Of a stretch of DNA of 26,868 nucleotides, positions 25,954 to 26,868 are shown in pieces; position 1 is the stretch's first letter; the number at the start of each line of letters is the position of its first letter. The stretch is taken from the IMG/VR virus record IMGVR_UViG_3300012952_000106, positions 1-26,868 of that record, one strand, 5' to 3'. Source of the DNA: a virus (Duplodnaviria > Caudoviricetes). A program made the translations under genes and the position numbers. Below the pieces are notes generated by a model. It did no database searches and had not been told where the DNA came from. It saw only the letters and a program-made list of their open reading frames with translations.

Positions 25954-26189
25954 AAAAGTGTTTAGAAAAATGTGTAAAGAAAAATGAAAAATGTACTGAA
26001 AAAGATTGTAGAGTTTGGGTAGACTATGAAGAGGATTTAAATTGTTCTCTCTTGTCAATAGAGAGGTACGGCAATTTAACTCTTGACGAGACAGCGCGCC
26101 GTTTGAACTTAAGCATTGTTCGAGTGAAACAAATACAAGATAGAGCCCTACAAAAATTACAAAAAAACAGACGTTTAAAAGGGTTATAA
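25950..26189 (+). CDS. Stand-alone sigma70 region-4 HTH with Cys-rich N-terminus
   Basis: LTLDETARRLNLSIVRVKQIQDRALQKL is a region 4.2 HTH; five Cys in the N-terminal half. Confidence 0.8.
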   Translation: MKKCLEKCVKKNEKCTEKDCRVWVDYEEDLNCSLLSIERYGNLTLDETARRLNLSIVRVKQIQDRALQKLQKNRRLKGL

Positions 26190-26196
26190 CTATTTA
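26190..26196 (+). promoter_or_regulatory. CTATTTA putative late-promoter motif
   Basis: AACTATTTATT right after the stop at 26189, followed by a small GCCAG/CTGGC hairpin and SD AAGGAG. Confidence 0.5.
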
Positions 26197-26251
26197 TTAT
26201 AGAAAAAGCCAGAAGTGCTGGCACGAGAATCATAAAACAAGGAGATTTTCC

Positions 26252-26868
26252 ATGAGTGAGAAGAAGAACTTATTAAATGAAGGAACGGTTCGCCGCTTCA
26301 TGAAGTTGGCTGGAAACTCAGCCATCGCCAGCGACTTTTTGAAAGAGGAATATTACAATCGCGATGACGACGAAAGCGTAATGCAAGAGCAGGAAGAAGA
26401 GGAGCTTGATATTGACGCTGAAATGGGCGAAGAGATCCCAGAAGACCCAGAAGGTGGTGTCGAGCTTGAAGAGCCAGGAGAGGAAGAAGAGGGCGATGCT
26501 GATGAAGGCTCCGTCGAGGCGTTTGCAAAAGACGCTCTAGAGGCGATCAGAGACGTAGCCGCCGACCATGGTGTCGAAATTGAGGTTGAAGAAGGTCCCG
26601 AGCCCGAGGAAGTTGAAGTTGGCGAAATGGATGCAGAAGCGGATTTAGAAGGCGAGCTTGGCCCCGATGAGGGAGAAGGCGAAGTTGAAATGGCTCCGGA
26701 AGAAGAAGAGGCCGCCCTACAGGCTCTCTCCGAGGTTAACTATCTTGACGAAGACGTGCTTATGGAAAATGTCTACCGTCGCGTTGCAAGGCGGATAGCC
26801 AAAGAAAAGCGTGCAGACGATGTAGCCACGATGCTTGCAGAGAAACTTAGCGCCCGAATCGCAAAGAA
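26252..26868 (+). CDS. 3'-truncated extremely acidic protein (scaffold/prohead-core-like), absent from the ORF track
   Basis: SD AAGGAG then MSEKKNLLNEGTVRRFMKLAG...FLKEE..., an E/D-rich linker, and ...LMENVYRRVARRIAKE; open to the window end. Confidence 0.75.
   Translation, partial: MSEKKNLLNEGTVRRFMKLAGNSAIASDFLKEEYYNRDDDESVMQEQEEEELDIDAEMGEEIPEDPEGGVELEEPGEEEEGDADEGSVEAFAKDALEAIRDVAADHGVEIEVEEGPEPEEVEVGEMDAEADLEGELGPDEGEGEVEMAPEEEEAALQALSEVNYLDEDVLMENVYRRVARRIAKEKRADDVATMLAEKLSARIAK

Noticed and set aside
17630-26235. TGGCAC hexamers in intergenic regions (near 17630, 17684, 26220) as sigma54 promoters
   Set aside because: None has TTGC at the required -12 spacing.
1102-26528. Numerous minus-strand and nested ORFs in the track (e.g. 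4211-4606, 6587-7030, 9775-10167, 26298-26528)
   Set aside because: All are shadows of well-supported + strand genes, with no recognisable motifs or independent evidence of expression.
1-26868. Stop-codon reassignment as seen in some large phages
   Set aside because: Conserved genes are full length in the standard code, TAA, TAG and TGA all end genes at sensible positions, and no suppressor tRNA is present.
1-26868. Cellular (bacterial) origin suggested by recA, dnaE, guaB, kamA and tRNAs
   Set aside because: The gp32-like SSB, gp41-like helicase, hub-like gene, GroES without GroEL, single-strand dense packing and many orphan ORFs fit a large phage better; no ribosomal or envelope operons are present.

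Overview
A 26.9-kb, moderately AT-rich, densely coding window with every credible gene on the + strand, most consistent with a large (jumbo-like) tailed dsDNA bacteriophage using the standard genetic code. It holds a replication/recombination/nucleotide-metabolism region: gp32-like SSB, RecA, 5'-3' exonuclease, a minimal family-A polymerase domain, DnaB-like helicase, DnaE, class II RNR, dUTPase, IMPDH-like enzyme and UvsE. It also carries three CCA-less tRNAs (Arg-UCU, Leu-UAA, probable Ile2-CAU), a divergent tubulin/FtsZ-like gene, a KamA-type radical SAM aminomutase, a GroES-like gene, an SLT-type lysin and a stand-alone sigma region-4 protein. Two promoter classes are visible: consensus sigma70 promoters before replication genes and tRNAs, and a CTATTTA motif before putative virion genes. 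The most notable signals are three. (1) A family of acidic proteins shares an N-terminal MKxTxExLxQxIKE-type leader and follows the CTATTTA motif; one member carries a T3 SAM-lyase-like domain, suggesting capsid-packaged cargo or anti-defence proteins. (2) A twice-repeated 33-nt intergenic H-type pseudoknot with compensatory changes lies in the ssb-recA region. (3) A mini-PolA gene directly abuts the degenerate tubulin gene. All family assignments come from motif recognition by eye, not database searches.
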